Source: a virus
Lineage: Duplodnaviria > Caudoviricetes
Strand: one strand, 5' to 3'
Length of the DNA stretch: 38,227 nucleotides
IMG/VR virus record: IMGVR_UViG_3300005263_000001
Coordinates: 1 to 38,227 of that record
Positions 15,364 through 24,378 of the stretch are shown in pieces; the first letter of the stretch is position 1, and the number at the start of each line of letters is the position of its first letter. The translations under genes and the position numbers were made by a program. The notes below the pieces were generated by a model that worked only from the letters and a program-made list of their open reading frames with translations, did no database searches and was not told where the DNA came from.

Positions 15364-15971
15364 GGGCCGCTGTCGGCTTCATCGGTCTCGGCCTCGTGAT
15401 GCTGGCTCTGGCATCGCTTGCCGGGGCTTCGTCTTGCTACAAGAAGAGGGTTGAAGCAGCCCAGCACCAAGCCGCAATCGAACAAGGAAAGGCAGACGCT
15501 CATGCGGAGCAGGCCAAGGCGCAGGATGCCGCTATCTCGGACCTCAAGGCCAAGCTGGATGCGTCCAAGGCGGATTTGGGTCGGCTCTCTGATGAGCGTG
15601 GCGCGTTACTGCGAAAGCTGGCCGCTGCGAAACAGAACGGTGGAAATCCGGGTGTGTCCGTTGACGCTTCCGATGCGGCTCCCGTTGCTCCTGTATCAAC
15701 TGACCTATCTGCCCAGGTAATCGCCAAGGATGCAGAGGTCATAGCGGCGCAAGACAGCCGGATAAAGGGCCTGGAAGAGTCCAACCGGCTCCTTTCGGCC
15801 TCTAGGGATGAGTGGAAAGCGGCCTTCGAGGCTGAACGCAAGCGATCGGCAGGGCTGGAGATTGCCCTGGACGCTCAGAAGCATGTGGCAAGTTCGGGTA
15901 AGTGGACTGGCAGGCTCCAAGGGCTGGCCATTGGTTTGGGCGCTGGTTTTGTAGCAGGACGCCTCCGATGA
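15360..15971 (+). CDS. Spanin-like coiled-coil membrane protein
   Basis: N-terminal hydrophobic signal ending in ASSC, two coiled coils, C-terminal GLAIGLGAGFVAG. Confidence 0.55.
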   Translation: MRAAVGFIGLGLVMLALASLAGASSCYKKRVEAAQHQAAIEQGKADAHAEQAKAQDAAISDLKAKLDASKADLGRLSDERGALLRKLAAAKQNGGNPGVSVDASDAAPVAPVSTDLSAQVIAKDAEVIAAQDSRIKGLEESNRLLSASRDEWKAAFEAERKRSAGLEIALDAQKHVASSGKWTGRLQGLAIGLGAGFVAGRLR

Positions 15972-16312
15972 GCAGCGGAAATTCAGAGTTCACCCCACAG
16001 AGAAATCAAGGTCGGAGGGCTTCGGACATGGTTCAGGAGCCATCTGCTGATGACATGACCTGGACAAAGGCGAAGAACGCCCTATTGGTGGGGATCGCAA
16101 GCCTGCTGGCAACCGTTCTAGGCTCCGTGGCGCTGTCGATTGCGGCCGATGTGAGCAAGACACGCAGCGATCTGGCTGAGATCAAGGTCAACCTTGCCAC
16201 CTTTCAGGCAAATGCAACGGCGGTAGAGGCTCGGGTCGGGAAGGTTGAGGCGTGGAAGGAAAAGCATGACGAGGATGACCGCGCCCGGTTCCGAATTGCT
16301 GGGGTGCGCTAA
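15968..16312 (+). CDS. Single-TM coiled-coil protein (lysis-region accessory)
   Basis: GRRASD motif, TM LLVGIASLLATVLGSVALSIA, then coiled coil. Confidence 0.65.
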   Translation: MSSGNSEFTPQRNQGRRASDMVQEPSADDMTWTKAKNALLVGIASLLATVLGSVALSIAADVSKTRSDLAEIKVNLATFQANATAVEARVGKVEAWKEKHDEDDRARFRIAGVR

Positions 16313-18471
16313 TGGCCCTCTTCGGTCGTAAAAAGTCCCTGTCGAGCTACACAGAACCCAAATACGCGGATCTGCTCCAGGAGGCGCGGGAACGGTTCAA
16401 ATACGCCGCCGAGGCTGACGAACTCCAGCGCAACCTTGAATTGGACGATCTGCGCTTCTGTGATCCTGACGGACAGTGGCCAGATGACATTCGCTCCCAG
16501 CGTGACGCAGAGGGTCGCCCTTGCCTGACGGTGGATCGGCTTGGGCCCTTCGTCCACCAGATCGTGAACGAGCAACGGCAGAACCGCCCTCAGCCTTCGG
16601 TGAATCCCGTTGGGGATGGTGCCGACAAGGAAACGGCTGAAATCTTCCAGGGCATGATTCGCCACATCGCCTACATGAGCAACGGCGATACGGCGATTGA
16701 TACGGCCTTTGAGAGCCAGGTGCGCTGTGGGCGTGGGTATTTCCGCGTCCTGACCGAATACACGGACCCCGAGAGCTTTGACCAGGATGTGGTCATCAAG
16801 CGGATTCCCAACCCGCACATGGTCTACATGGACCCTGCCGCGACTGAGCCGGATGGGGCTGACGCTGAGTATGCGTTCATCACCTCGTATATCCCGGCCA
16901 ATGTCTACCGCAAGGAATACCCCAAGTCCAAGCTGGCAACGCTGGATGATGGGGACTGGACCAGCATCGGGGACACGGCTCCCGAGTGGGCGCAGCGTGA
17001 CGGCTCTGCGGTCATGGTGGTCGAGTATTTCCGCCGTTTGCGGAAGTCGGTCACGGTCTACCGGCTTGAGGATGGTTCGACCACCACGGAACTTCCCGAG
17101 GGTGTTGAGGCTGTGGACAAGCGCACCTCGCTCCAGTCTGAGGTCCAGTGGTTCAAGCTGAATGCCATTGAGGTGCTGGATCAGACCGTCTGGCCCGGTA
17201 AGCACATCCCCATCATCCCGGTCTATGGGACCGAGTTGAATGTTGACGGTGTTCGCACCTGGGCTGGCCTGATCCGGTCTGCCAAGGACGCACAGAGGGC
17301 GTTCAACTACTGGAAGAGTGCCCAGGCCGAGACTATTGCGCTTGCTCCCAAAGCTCCCTGGGTTGGCCCCAAGGGGTTCATGGGCAATATGAAGCAGATT
17401 TGGCAGAGCGCGAACAAGCGGCCTCTGTCGGTCTTGGAGTATGAGGGCTACGACTCCCAGCAGCGGCCCCTTGCCCCGCCCCAGCGGAACATGGTCGAGC
17501 CGCCCATTCAGGCCATCACGATGGCTATGCAGGGCGCTATCGACGATCTCAAGGGCACCACGGGCATGTATGACGCCAACCTCGGAGACCGTGAAAGCGG
17601 CCAGTCCGGCGTGGCGATCCGTCAGCTTCAGCGGCAGGGTCAGGCTGGTTCGTTCCACTACGCTGACAACCTTGCGCGGTCCATCCGGCACCTTGGGCGA
17701 ATCTTGGTTGACCTCGTGCCGAAGATCTACGACACGGAGCGCACGGTTCGCATCATCAAGCCCGATGAATCCTCCGATACGGTCAAGATCAATGGCCCCA
17801 GCGGTGTGAAGGACAAGAAAACCGGCTTGGAGAAGGTCTACAAGCTCGATGTGGGCACCTACGATGTGACCGTCAGTGTCGGCCCTGGGTATCAGACCAA
17901 GCGGCAGGAAAACCTGGCCTTCCTTGAGTCCTTGATGCAGGGTCCGATGGGCCAGCTACTCACGGGCGCGGCCCCTGACCTCGTTATGTCCATGACGGAC
18001 TTCTCGATCTCCCCGCAGTTGGTGGAGCGTTTGAAGAAGACTCTCGCTCCAGAGCTTCAGGACAAGCAAGACGGGCAGGAAGGCCCCGGCATCCCGCCCC
18101 AGGTCCAGCAGCAGCTTCAGCAGTCGGGCCAGATGATCGAGCAACTGTCTCAGAAGGTCCATGAACTCATGGATCAGTTGGAGTCCAAGAAGGCGGAAAT
18201 CGACGCCAAGAATCAGGCGGAGCTTGAAAAGGCGAAACTCGATGCCGCGACCAAGCTCCAGATCGCTCAGATGGACAATGAGAGCAAGATCCTCATCGCT
18301 GAAGCGCAGATCATGGGCGGCGGTGCCGTTCCTGAACTCAAGCAGCAGTTGGCGGAACTCAAGCAGCAGCAGGAAGAGATCGCAGAACTCACGCTGGCCC
18401 TTCACGGCGCTGTGATGCCTGCCGAGGCGCAGGAACTCCAGCCCGATTCAGAACCCGTGGGGGCCGAATAA
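16312..18471 (+). CDS. P22-like portal protein
   Basis: DDLRF...QWP...R....RPCLT; DAQRAFNYW; SGVAI..LQ.QG; Gln-rich C-terminal helical barrel. Confidence 0.93.
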   Translation: MALFGRKKSLSSYTEPKYADLLQEARERFKYAAEADELQRNLELDDLRFCDPDGQWPDDIRSQRDAEGRPCLTVDRLGPFVHQIVNEQRQNRPQPSVNPVGDGADKETAEIFQGMIRHIAYMSNGDTAIDTAFESQVRCGRGYFRVLTEYTDPESFDQDVVIKRIPNPHMVYMDPAATEPDGADAEYAFITSYIPANVYRKEYPKSKLATLDDGDWTSIGDTAPEWAQRDGSAVMVVEYFRRLRKSVTVYRLEDGSTTTELPEGVEAVDKRTSLQSEVQWFKLNAIEVLDQTVWPGKHIPIIPVYGTELNVDGVRTWAGLIRSAKDAQRAFNYWKSAQAETIALAPKAPWVGPKGFMGNMKQIWQSANKRPLSVLEYEGYDSQQRPLAPPQRNMVEPPIQAITMAMQGAIDDLKGTTGMYDANLGDRESGQSGVAIRQLQRQGQAGSFHYADNLARSIRHLGRILVDLVPKIYDTERTVRIIKPDESSDTVKINGPSGVKDKKTGLEKVYKLDVGTYDVTVSVGPGYQTKRQENLAFLESLMQGPMGQLLTGAAPDLVMSMTDFSISPQLVERLKKTLAPELQDKQDGQEGPGIPPQVQQQLQQSGQMIEQLSQKVHELMDQLESKKAEIDAKNQAELEKAKLDAATKLQIAQMDNESKILIAEAQIMGGGAVPELKQQLAELKQQQEEIAELTLALHGAVMPAEAQELQPDSEPVGAE

Positions 18472-19439
18472 TGGGCGTCCTGATGAATCTTGCCCGGGGT
18501 GACGGTTCTACGACCGTCTTCAACCTGCCCAACAATGCCTACACGGGCGAAGTGGTCTTGGTCGGGGATGGCGTTACGACCCAGGTCGTCATTGAGACGC
18601 AGACGCCCTATACGACCTTCATCTACAAGGTCACGAATGGGACGCCTACCGCCCTCGTTCTGACCACGGACTACACCCTGACCGCTGTCACGGCTTCGGC
18701 GCAGATCCTGACGCTCAACGTGGCTCCAGCCTTCGGGGTGCTGATCTACGGATCATCCGAGCCGATCCTTTACAAAGCCGACTGGCAGGGGACGGGCCTT
18801 CTTTACAAGACACAGCGCACCAACCTCCTGACCTATGGCGATGCCATGACGGGTGCTGGGTGGTCCTTCGCCACTGGCGGAACGGGTGTGGGAGGCGGAG
18901 TTGCCACGGGCTCACAGATCGGACCTGATGGGAACACCTCGGCTGTGCGACTCCAGATGACGATTGCGGCTGGGACCACGGCTGGGGACTTCGTGCAGTA
19001 TTGGCACTCTGCGCTGGTTCTGGACGGTGTCTCGACCTACACAGACTCGTTCTGGATCAAGTCGAATACGGCATCCAGCTACACGATCCAGTGGACCGAC
19101 CCCGCAAATAATACCAAGTTGCTAATCGTCACCCCTACATGGACGAGGGTCCAAGGGGCTGCGGTTGGTAACGCCTCGTCCCGCATCCGTTGGTTCCTAC
19201 AGGGCAATGCCGCCGTTGATAAGACGGTAGACATCCTGGTTGCCAAGGTGCAGACGGAACTTGGATCTGCCGCCACGCCGTTCATCCCGACCCCAGGCGC
19301 GGCTTCTGTGTCGGTTACTGACTACGCCCTGAGTGGCAACGGGACCGTCATCACGATGGCCTCTGCCCCGCTTGGCAATACCGCCCCCGCTGGAGCAGAC
19401 CAACTCCTTTGGGATGGATGGACCTATGACCGCAATTAA
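18471..19439 (+). CDS. Virion-associated beta-sandwich (carbohydrate-binding-like) protein
   Basis: RTNLL...W...Y.FWIKS...TPTWTR...Q.ELGSAATPFIPT pattern typical of phage fibre/spike CBM-like domains. Confidence 0.6.
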   Translation: MGVLMNLARGDGSTTVFNLPNNAYTGEVVLVGDGVTTQVVIETQTPYTTFIYKVTNGTPTALVLTTDYTLTAVTASAQILTLNVAPAFGVLIYGSSEPILYKADWQGTGLLYKTQRTNLLTYGDAMTGAGWSFATGGTGVGGGVATGSQIGPDGNTSAVRLQMTIAAGTTAGDFVQYWHSALVLDGVSTYTDSFWIKSNTASSYTIQWTDPANNTKLLIVTPTWTRVQGAAVGNASSRIRWFLQGNAAVDKTVDILVAKVQTELGSAATPFIPTPGAASVSVTDYALSGNGTVITMASAPLGNTAPAGADQLLWDGWTYDRN

Positions 19440-19499
19440 CCGCGATGGCATCCCGCTGTCGCCCCTTTCGCTGCTGGCTGACGCTGGCAAGGAGCAGTA

Positions 19500-20261
19500 A
19501 TGAGTGAACTAGAAACCGACCTCGTGTTTGATGGCGTCCCGGAACTGGCTCCTGAGCCGGAACCTGAACCCGTTCCTGAGGTCGAACCCACCCCCGAACC
19601 TGAGCCCACGCCCGAACCTGAAGCCGATCCCGAGCCCGAAGCTGAGCCGGAGAAGCCGAAGAACAAGCCTGGATCTCAGAAGTGGCGGGAACGGGCAGAA
19701 CGGGCCAAGGAAGAGGCAGAACACTGGAAAGCCGTTGCGCTGGCTGGTAAACCCGCCGAAGCCCCGAAGCCTATTCAGACCGAAGGAGCGCCCACCCAGG
19801 ATCAGTTCGAGACCCATGCCGAATGGGTTGAGGCTCTGACCGACTGGAAGGTTGAACGCAAGCTTGCCGAAGCAGAGGCCAAGCAGAACAGCCGGAAGGT
19901 CGAGCAGTCCTGGGAGCAGAAGAAGCAGGAAGCGAGGAAGGATCTACCCGACTTCGACGATGTGATCGCCGACATGGACGAAGCCCCGGCACCTGTGGTG
20001 CTGGCGGTCATGAACGAGTCTGCCCACACCGCGAAGATCGCGTATCACCTTGCCCAGCATCCCGAAGACCTGCGGCGCATCAACCGACTCTCGCCCCCTG
20101 CGGCTGCTCTCGAAGTGGCCCGTATCGAGGCGAAGTTTGACGCGAAGAAAGAACCCCCACCGGCCCCCAAGCCGGTATCCAAGGCACCCAAACCCCCCAG
20201 TCCTGTTGCTTCTCCCTCCGCGGCGAAGCCCAGCGATGACGGGAGGCTTGAGACCTACTGA
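19500..20261 (+). CDS. Capsid scaffolding protein
   Basis: PE repeats, P...F....[15 protein letters not shown]; lies between portal and coat. Confidence 0.82.
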   Translation: MSELETDLVFDGVPELAPEPEPEPVPEVEPTPEPEPTPEPEADPEPEAEPEKPKNKPGSQKWRERAERAKEEAEHWKAVALAGKPAEAPKPIQTEGAPTQDQFETHAEWVEALTDWKVERKLAEAEAKQNSRKVEQSWEQKKQEARKDLPDFDDVIADMDEAPAPVVLAVMNESAHTAKIAYHLAQHPEDLRRINRLSPPAAALEVARIEAKFDAKKEPPPAPKPVSKAPKPPSPVASPSAAKPSDDGRLETY

Positions 20262-20308
20262 CCCATCACTCCTTTGGCGGATAAATACCGCCCCCTCGGA
20301 GAAAACCA

Positions 20309-21514
20309 ATGGCAGCGAATGCTTACAACAATGTAGCCAGTATTTCCAAGATGGCTATGGATTGCCTGGAGAACAACCTCACCTTCTCCAAGTTCGTGAA
20401 CCGGCAGTATGACGACCAGTTCCGCGACAACGGCGCGAAGAACGGCGATACCGCCAACATCCGCATCCCTGGCACCTACAGCGTCCGTTCTGGCGCCGTG
20501 GCTCAGCCTCAGGGCTACAACGACACCTACAAGAGCGTCACGCTGAACCAGTATGGCGTTGACCTCGCCTTCACCACCAAGGAACTGCGCCTCAACGTCG
20601 AAGACGGCGAAGCCTTCAAGCAGAACGTGCTGAACCCGATGATCGCCCCCCTGGCGAACTACATCGACCTGCTCGGCCTCCAGCAGTATTCCTCGATCTA
20701 CCAGGCCACCGGCACCCCCGGCACCGCCCCTACCGATCTCGGCACCTTCCTGGACGCCGGCGCGATCCTCGATGAAGCCTCTGTCCCCCGTGACGGCGAG
20801 TGGTCGGCCATCATGAGCCCCCGCACTCAGTCCAGCATCGTGGGTGGCCTCAAGACCCTGTTCAACCCCCAGTCCGACATCGCCGAGCAGTACAAGAACG
20901 GCACGATGGGCCGTCTGGCTGGTGGCTTCAAGTTCAGCATGGACCAGAACGTCCAGACCCAGACCTTCGGCACCGTGGCTCAGACCACTGCCCAGGTCAC
21001 GACCACCCTCCCGGCTGAAGGCGCTACCTCGCTGACCGCCAACAGCGGCTCCGGCAACGTGGCCGTGGGTGACGTGTTCACCATCGCTGGCGTCTATAAG
21101 GTCAACCCCGTGTCCAAGGCTTCCACGGGCCAGCTCCAGCAGTTCGTTGTGACCTCTGCCGGTGCATACACCACCCTGAACTTCTCCCCCCCGATGTATA
21201 CCGCCGCCTCTGGCCCCCTCCAGAACATCACGGCGCTGCCGATCAGCACCGCGGCCATCACCTTCCTGTCTGCTCCTTCCAAGGTCAGCCCGGCCAACAT
21301 GGTCTTCCACAAGGACGCTTTCGGTCTGGTCTGCGTTGACCTTCCCAAGCCCGAGGGTGTGAACGTGACCCGCGTCCGCAGCAAGAAGCTGAACGTGGCG
21401 ATCCGTATGCTCCAGTGGTACAACGGCACCCAGGACACGGAACTCTACCGCTTGGATGTGCTGTTCGGCTGGACGGTCCTGCGTCCGACCTTCGCCGTCC
21501 GAGTCCAGGGCTAA
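20309..21514 (+). CDS. P22-type major capsid protein
   Basis: VNRQYDDQF...GDT..IR.P; GFKFSMDQNV; GDVFTIAGV..VNP; FHKDAF; RLDVLFG; strong codon bias. Confidence 0.95.
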   Translation: MAANAYNNVASISKMAMDCLENNLTFSKFVNRQYDDQFRDNGAKNGDTANIRIPGTYSVRSGAVAQPQGYNDTYKSVTLNQYGVDLAFTTKELRLNVEDGEAFKQNVLNPMIAPLANYIDLLGLQQYSSIYQATGTPGTAPTDLGTFLDAGAILDEASVPRDGEWSAIMSPRTQSSIVGGLKTLFNPQSDIAEQYKNGTMGRLAGGFKFSMDQNVQTQTFGTVAQTTAQVTTTLPAEGATSLTANSGSGNVAVGDVFTIAGVYKVNPVSKASTGQLQQFVVTSAGAYTTLNFSPPMYTAASGPLQNITALPISTAAITFLSAPSKVSPANMVFHKDAFGLVCVDLPKPEGVNVTRVRSKKLNVAIRMLQWYNGTQDTELYRLDVLFGWTVLRPTFAVRVQG

Positions 21515-21522
21515 GACCTCAT

Positions 21523-21548
21523 AGGGGGTGGGCTTCGGCCTGCCCCCT
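21523..21548 (+). terminator. TTCG hairpin after the coat gene (weak U tail)
   Basis: AGGGGGTGGGC-TTCG-GCCTGCCCCCT. Confidence 0.55.
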
Positions 21549-21577
21549 CCTTCCCATTCCACTAGGAGAGATTCCAC

Positions 21578-21991
21578 ATGCCTTCCACCCCTTACGCTTC
21601 CAGCGGAGTAAATCGCTTCCCTGGCGCATACATGCTGACCGTTCCGGTCTTCGCTGCCTCGGCCATCACCAATGCCGACGAACTGACCGACTTCGTTCCC
21701 GGCCACGCCTTCAAGGTGCTGTCCGTTGACTTCGTGACCGTGACCCCCATCACGACCGCCGCGAAGACTGCCACCGTGACCCCCTACATCGACGGCACCG
21801 CCGTTCCTGGTGTGGTCCTGACCGTGGCTGGCACCAAGGCCAAGGGCGTTGTCACTTCGTCCACCGCTGCTACCACGCCCCTGCTGGGCACCGCCACCTC
21901 CAAGCTGAAGCTGACCGCTTCGGCTGTGACGGCCTTCGTTGAAGGCGCTGGCTACTTCGTCGTTCACATCCAGAACATGGACGCCTGCTAG
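21578..21991 (+). CDS. Capsid decoration/cement protein (putative)
   Basis: Follows coat, same high-expression codon bias, Thr/Ala/Val-rich beta protein. Confidence 0.6.
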   Translation: MPSTPYASSGVNRFPGAYMLTVPVFAASAITNADELTDFVPGHAFKVLSVDFVTVTPITTAAKTATVTPYIDGTAVPGVVLTVAGTKAKGVVTSSTAATTPLLGTATSKLKLTASAVTAFVEGAGYFVVHIQNMDAC

Positions 21992-21999
21992 TCCAAACC

Positions 22000-22030
22000 G
22001 GGGAGGGGTTTCGGCCCCTCCCCACCTTTT
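22000..22030 (+). terminator. Intrinsic terminator
   Basis: GGGGAGGGGT-TTCG-GCCCCTCCCC then ACCTTTT. Confidence 0.7.
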
Positions 22031-22040
22031 CGGGGTTCCA

Positions 22041-22772
22041 ATGGCTACAGTTCGTGAGATTTGCACCGATGCGCTCATCGAATTGGGCGTTCTGGACCCT
22101 TCCGAGACGCTGGATGCGAACCAGGCTGCGTTTGCGCTTCGGACACTGAATCGAATGCTCCAGGTGTGGAACACGGAAGACCTCATGGTCTACACCGTGA
22201 ACCGGACCACCTTCAACTTGGTTGCGGGGCAGCAGGTTTACACGCTCGGCACGGGTGGCAATTTCAACATGAGCCGCCCCGCACGAATCGACATGATTTC
22301 CATTCTGGTGAACAACGGCACCTACCCGTTGGAAATCCCGCTTCAGATCCTCACGGATGAGGAATGGCGGGATACCTCGATCAAGACCACGCCTAGCATC
22401 TGGCCCACCAAGGTCTGGATTACCGGGAACATGCCGCTCAACTCTTTGTATTTCTGGCCCGTCCCGCAGGATTCCACGGTCGATTGCATCATCTACTCAT
22501 GGGGCAAGATGGACGGCTTCACCTCCATCAATGACACCGTGAGCTTCCCGAATGGCTACGAAGAGGCTCTGGTCACGAACCTAGCCATGTTCCTGAGTTC
22601 GTCCTATGGCATCCAGCCCCAGGGGACTTTGGGCCTTCGCGCAGCCATGAGTAAGAGCGCCATTCAGAGCCTCAATGTGGGGCCGCTTTACGCCACGGTG
22701 GACGGCGGTCTGCTCAGTGGACGCGGTAACAGTCTCGCCATCCAAACCCAGGGCCTCCAGGTTGATCGTTAG
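22041..22772 (+). CDS. Head-tail adaptor, P22 gp4-like
   Basis: I...AL..LGVL...ET......AL..LN.ML..W; P.GYEEAL..NLA. Confidence 0.8.
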   Translation: MATVREICTDALIELGVLDPSETLDANQAAFALRTLNRMLQVWNTEDLMVYTVNRTTFNLVAGQQVYTLGTGGNFNMSRPARIDMISILVNNGTYPLEIPLQILTDEEWRDTSIKTTPSIWPTKVWITGNMPLNSLYFWPVPQDSTVDCIIYSWGKMDGFTSINDTVSFPNGYEEALVTNLAMFLSSSYGIQPQGTLGLRAAMSKSAIQSLNVGPLYATVDGGLLSGRGNSLAIQTQGLQVDR

Positions 22773-22780
22773 GAGATGAC

Positions 22781-22942
22781 ATGAAGAAGGAAATCGGCAT
22801 CCCGAAGAATGCCCCGAAGGCCGCGAAGGTGGCTGACGAGAAGATGGACAAGGCCAAGGGCATCAAGGAAGGCTCCAAGGCTGACCTCAAGGCTGATAAG
22901 GCCATCGTCAAGAAGTTCAAGGGCGGGAAAGAGACCTACTGA
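22781..22942 (+). CDS. 53-aa Lys-rich protein (16 Lys; not in ORF track)
   Basis: AGGAG RBS; MKKEIGIPKNAPKAAKVADEKMDKAKGIKEGSKAD...; TGATG-coupled to the next gene. Confidence 0.7.
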   Translation: MKKEIGIPKNAPKAAKVADEKMDKAKGIKEGSKADLKADKAIVKKFKGGKETY

Positions 22943-24378
22943 TGAGGCTTCCGGGGTTCATTGGCCCGAGTTACACGCTGAGCACGATCCCTTTGGATGC
23001 TCAGCAGACAGTGAACCTCTATCCCGAGCCCGATGAACTCCAGACGGGCAAGGATGGCTCTATCGGGGCCCTCGTATCCCGTCCAGGGCTCACCAAGCGG
23101 CTGACGCTGCCCCAGGCGCCCATTCGTGGCATGTGGCGTGTCTCCAGCAATGGTCGCACCTTCGCCGTGGCTGGGTTCGGGTTGTATGAGATCTTCGATG
23201 ACTGGTCCTACACGCTCCGGGGATCGCTCAAGACGAACACCGGCAACGTCTCGATGTCGGACAACGGCGTCCAGTTGATCGTGGTGGATGGCACCTATGG
23301 GCACATTCTGACCTTCATTAATGACATTTTTGAGCCCACCACCTCGGATGCGTTCTATTCGTCCAACAAGGTGGTTTTCATTGATGGGTATTTCGTGCTG
23401 GTTCGGCCTGACTCGGACCAGGTGTATCAGTCGGCATCCTACGATGGCCTGACCTACGGGGCGCTGGACTTCACGACCGTTGAGGCATCCCCCGATAAGA
23501 CGATCACGCTGCTCCCCTACCGGAATCAGCTTGCGATCTTCGGGGAACGGACTACGGCCTTCTACTACGACTCCGGGAATACCGCCTTTGCCTTTGATCG
23601 TGTCCAGGGCGCCCTGATTGAGCATGGCTGTGCGGCTCCGCTGTCCGTTGCCAAGGATGGGGACACCCTGCTCTGGCTTGGTCAAGACGAATACGGCTCC
23701 GGCGTGGTCTACAAGGCCGTTGGATATCAGGCAGGCCGAGCCTCGAACTACGGCGTGGAACTCGCCATTCAGGGCTACGGGACGATCTTTGACGCCTCCG
23801 CCTTCTGCTTCCAGATGAGGGGCCACACCTTCTATGCGCTGTCCTTCACCGATGCGGACACCACTTGGGTCCTCGATGTGCAAATGGGCCAGTGGGTTGA
23901 GTGGAGGTCCACCAAGGATGACGGATCACAAGGCCGATGGAGGGCCAATGCCCATGTCTTCGCCTTCGGAGAGCATCTGGTCGGGGACTTTGAGGATGGA
24001 CGGATTTACAGCATCGACTATTCCAACTTTACCGACGATGACCAACCCATCCTGCGGCGGCGGCGTTCCCCCCATGTGTCCGCCAACCTCAAGCGCCTCG
24101 TGCATTCCAAGTTCCAGCTTGACGCCCGGTATGGTGTTGGCACGAATGCCGGCCAGGGCCAGCAACCTTCCGTGATGCTCCGGTATTCGGACGATGGCGG
24201 TTACACCTGGAGCGCCGAGAAGTGGACCAGCCTGGGCCGGATCGGTCAGGGCTTGGCTCGTGGTATCTGGCGGCGTTTGGGCTTCAGCCGTAACAGAGTC
24301 TACGAGGTGTCCATCACAGACCCAGTGGATGTGGCACTAATTGGTGCGGACCTTGACGCCATTCCGGGGGCTTCGTGA
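22942..24378 (+). CDS. Tail hub / DNA stabilisation protein, P22 gp10-like
   Basis: VNLYPE, VSMSDNG, FIDGYFV, GH.FY.L.F, SDDGGYTWS, WRRLG. Confidence 0.9.
   Translation: MRLPGFIGPSYTLSTIPLDAQQTVNLYPEPDELQTGKDGSIGALVSRPGLTKRLTLPQAPIRGMWRVSSNGRTFAVAGFGLYEIFDDWSYTLRGSLKTNTGNVSMSDNGVQLIVVDGTYGHILTFINDIFEPTTSDAFYSSNKVVFIDGYFVLVRPDSDQVYQSASYDGLTYGALDFTTVEASPDKTITLLPYRNQLAIFGERTTAFYYDSGNTAFAFDRVQGALIEHGCAAPLSVAKDGDTLLWLGQDEYGSGVVYKAVGYQAGRASNYGVELAIQGYGTIFDASAFCFQMRGHTFYALSFTDADTTWVLDVQMGQWVEWRSTKDDGSQGRWRANAHVFAFGEHLVGDFEDGRIYSIDYSNFTDDDQPILRRRRSPHVSANLKRLVHSKFQLDARYGVGTNAGQGQQPSVMLRYSDDGGYTWSAEKWTSLGRIGQGLARGIWRRLGFSRNRVYEVSITDPVDVALIGADLDAIPGAS

Noticed and set aside
19548-19650. Repetitive DNA in the scaffold gene
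   Set aside because: Simply encodes a Pro-Glu linker, with degenerate third positions
20255-22186. 643-aa minus-strand ORF (similarly 16309..17691, 22936..23883, 32458..33450)
   Set aside because: Antisense shadows of strongly codon-biased, GC-rich structural genes
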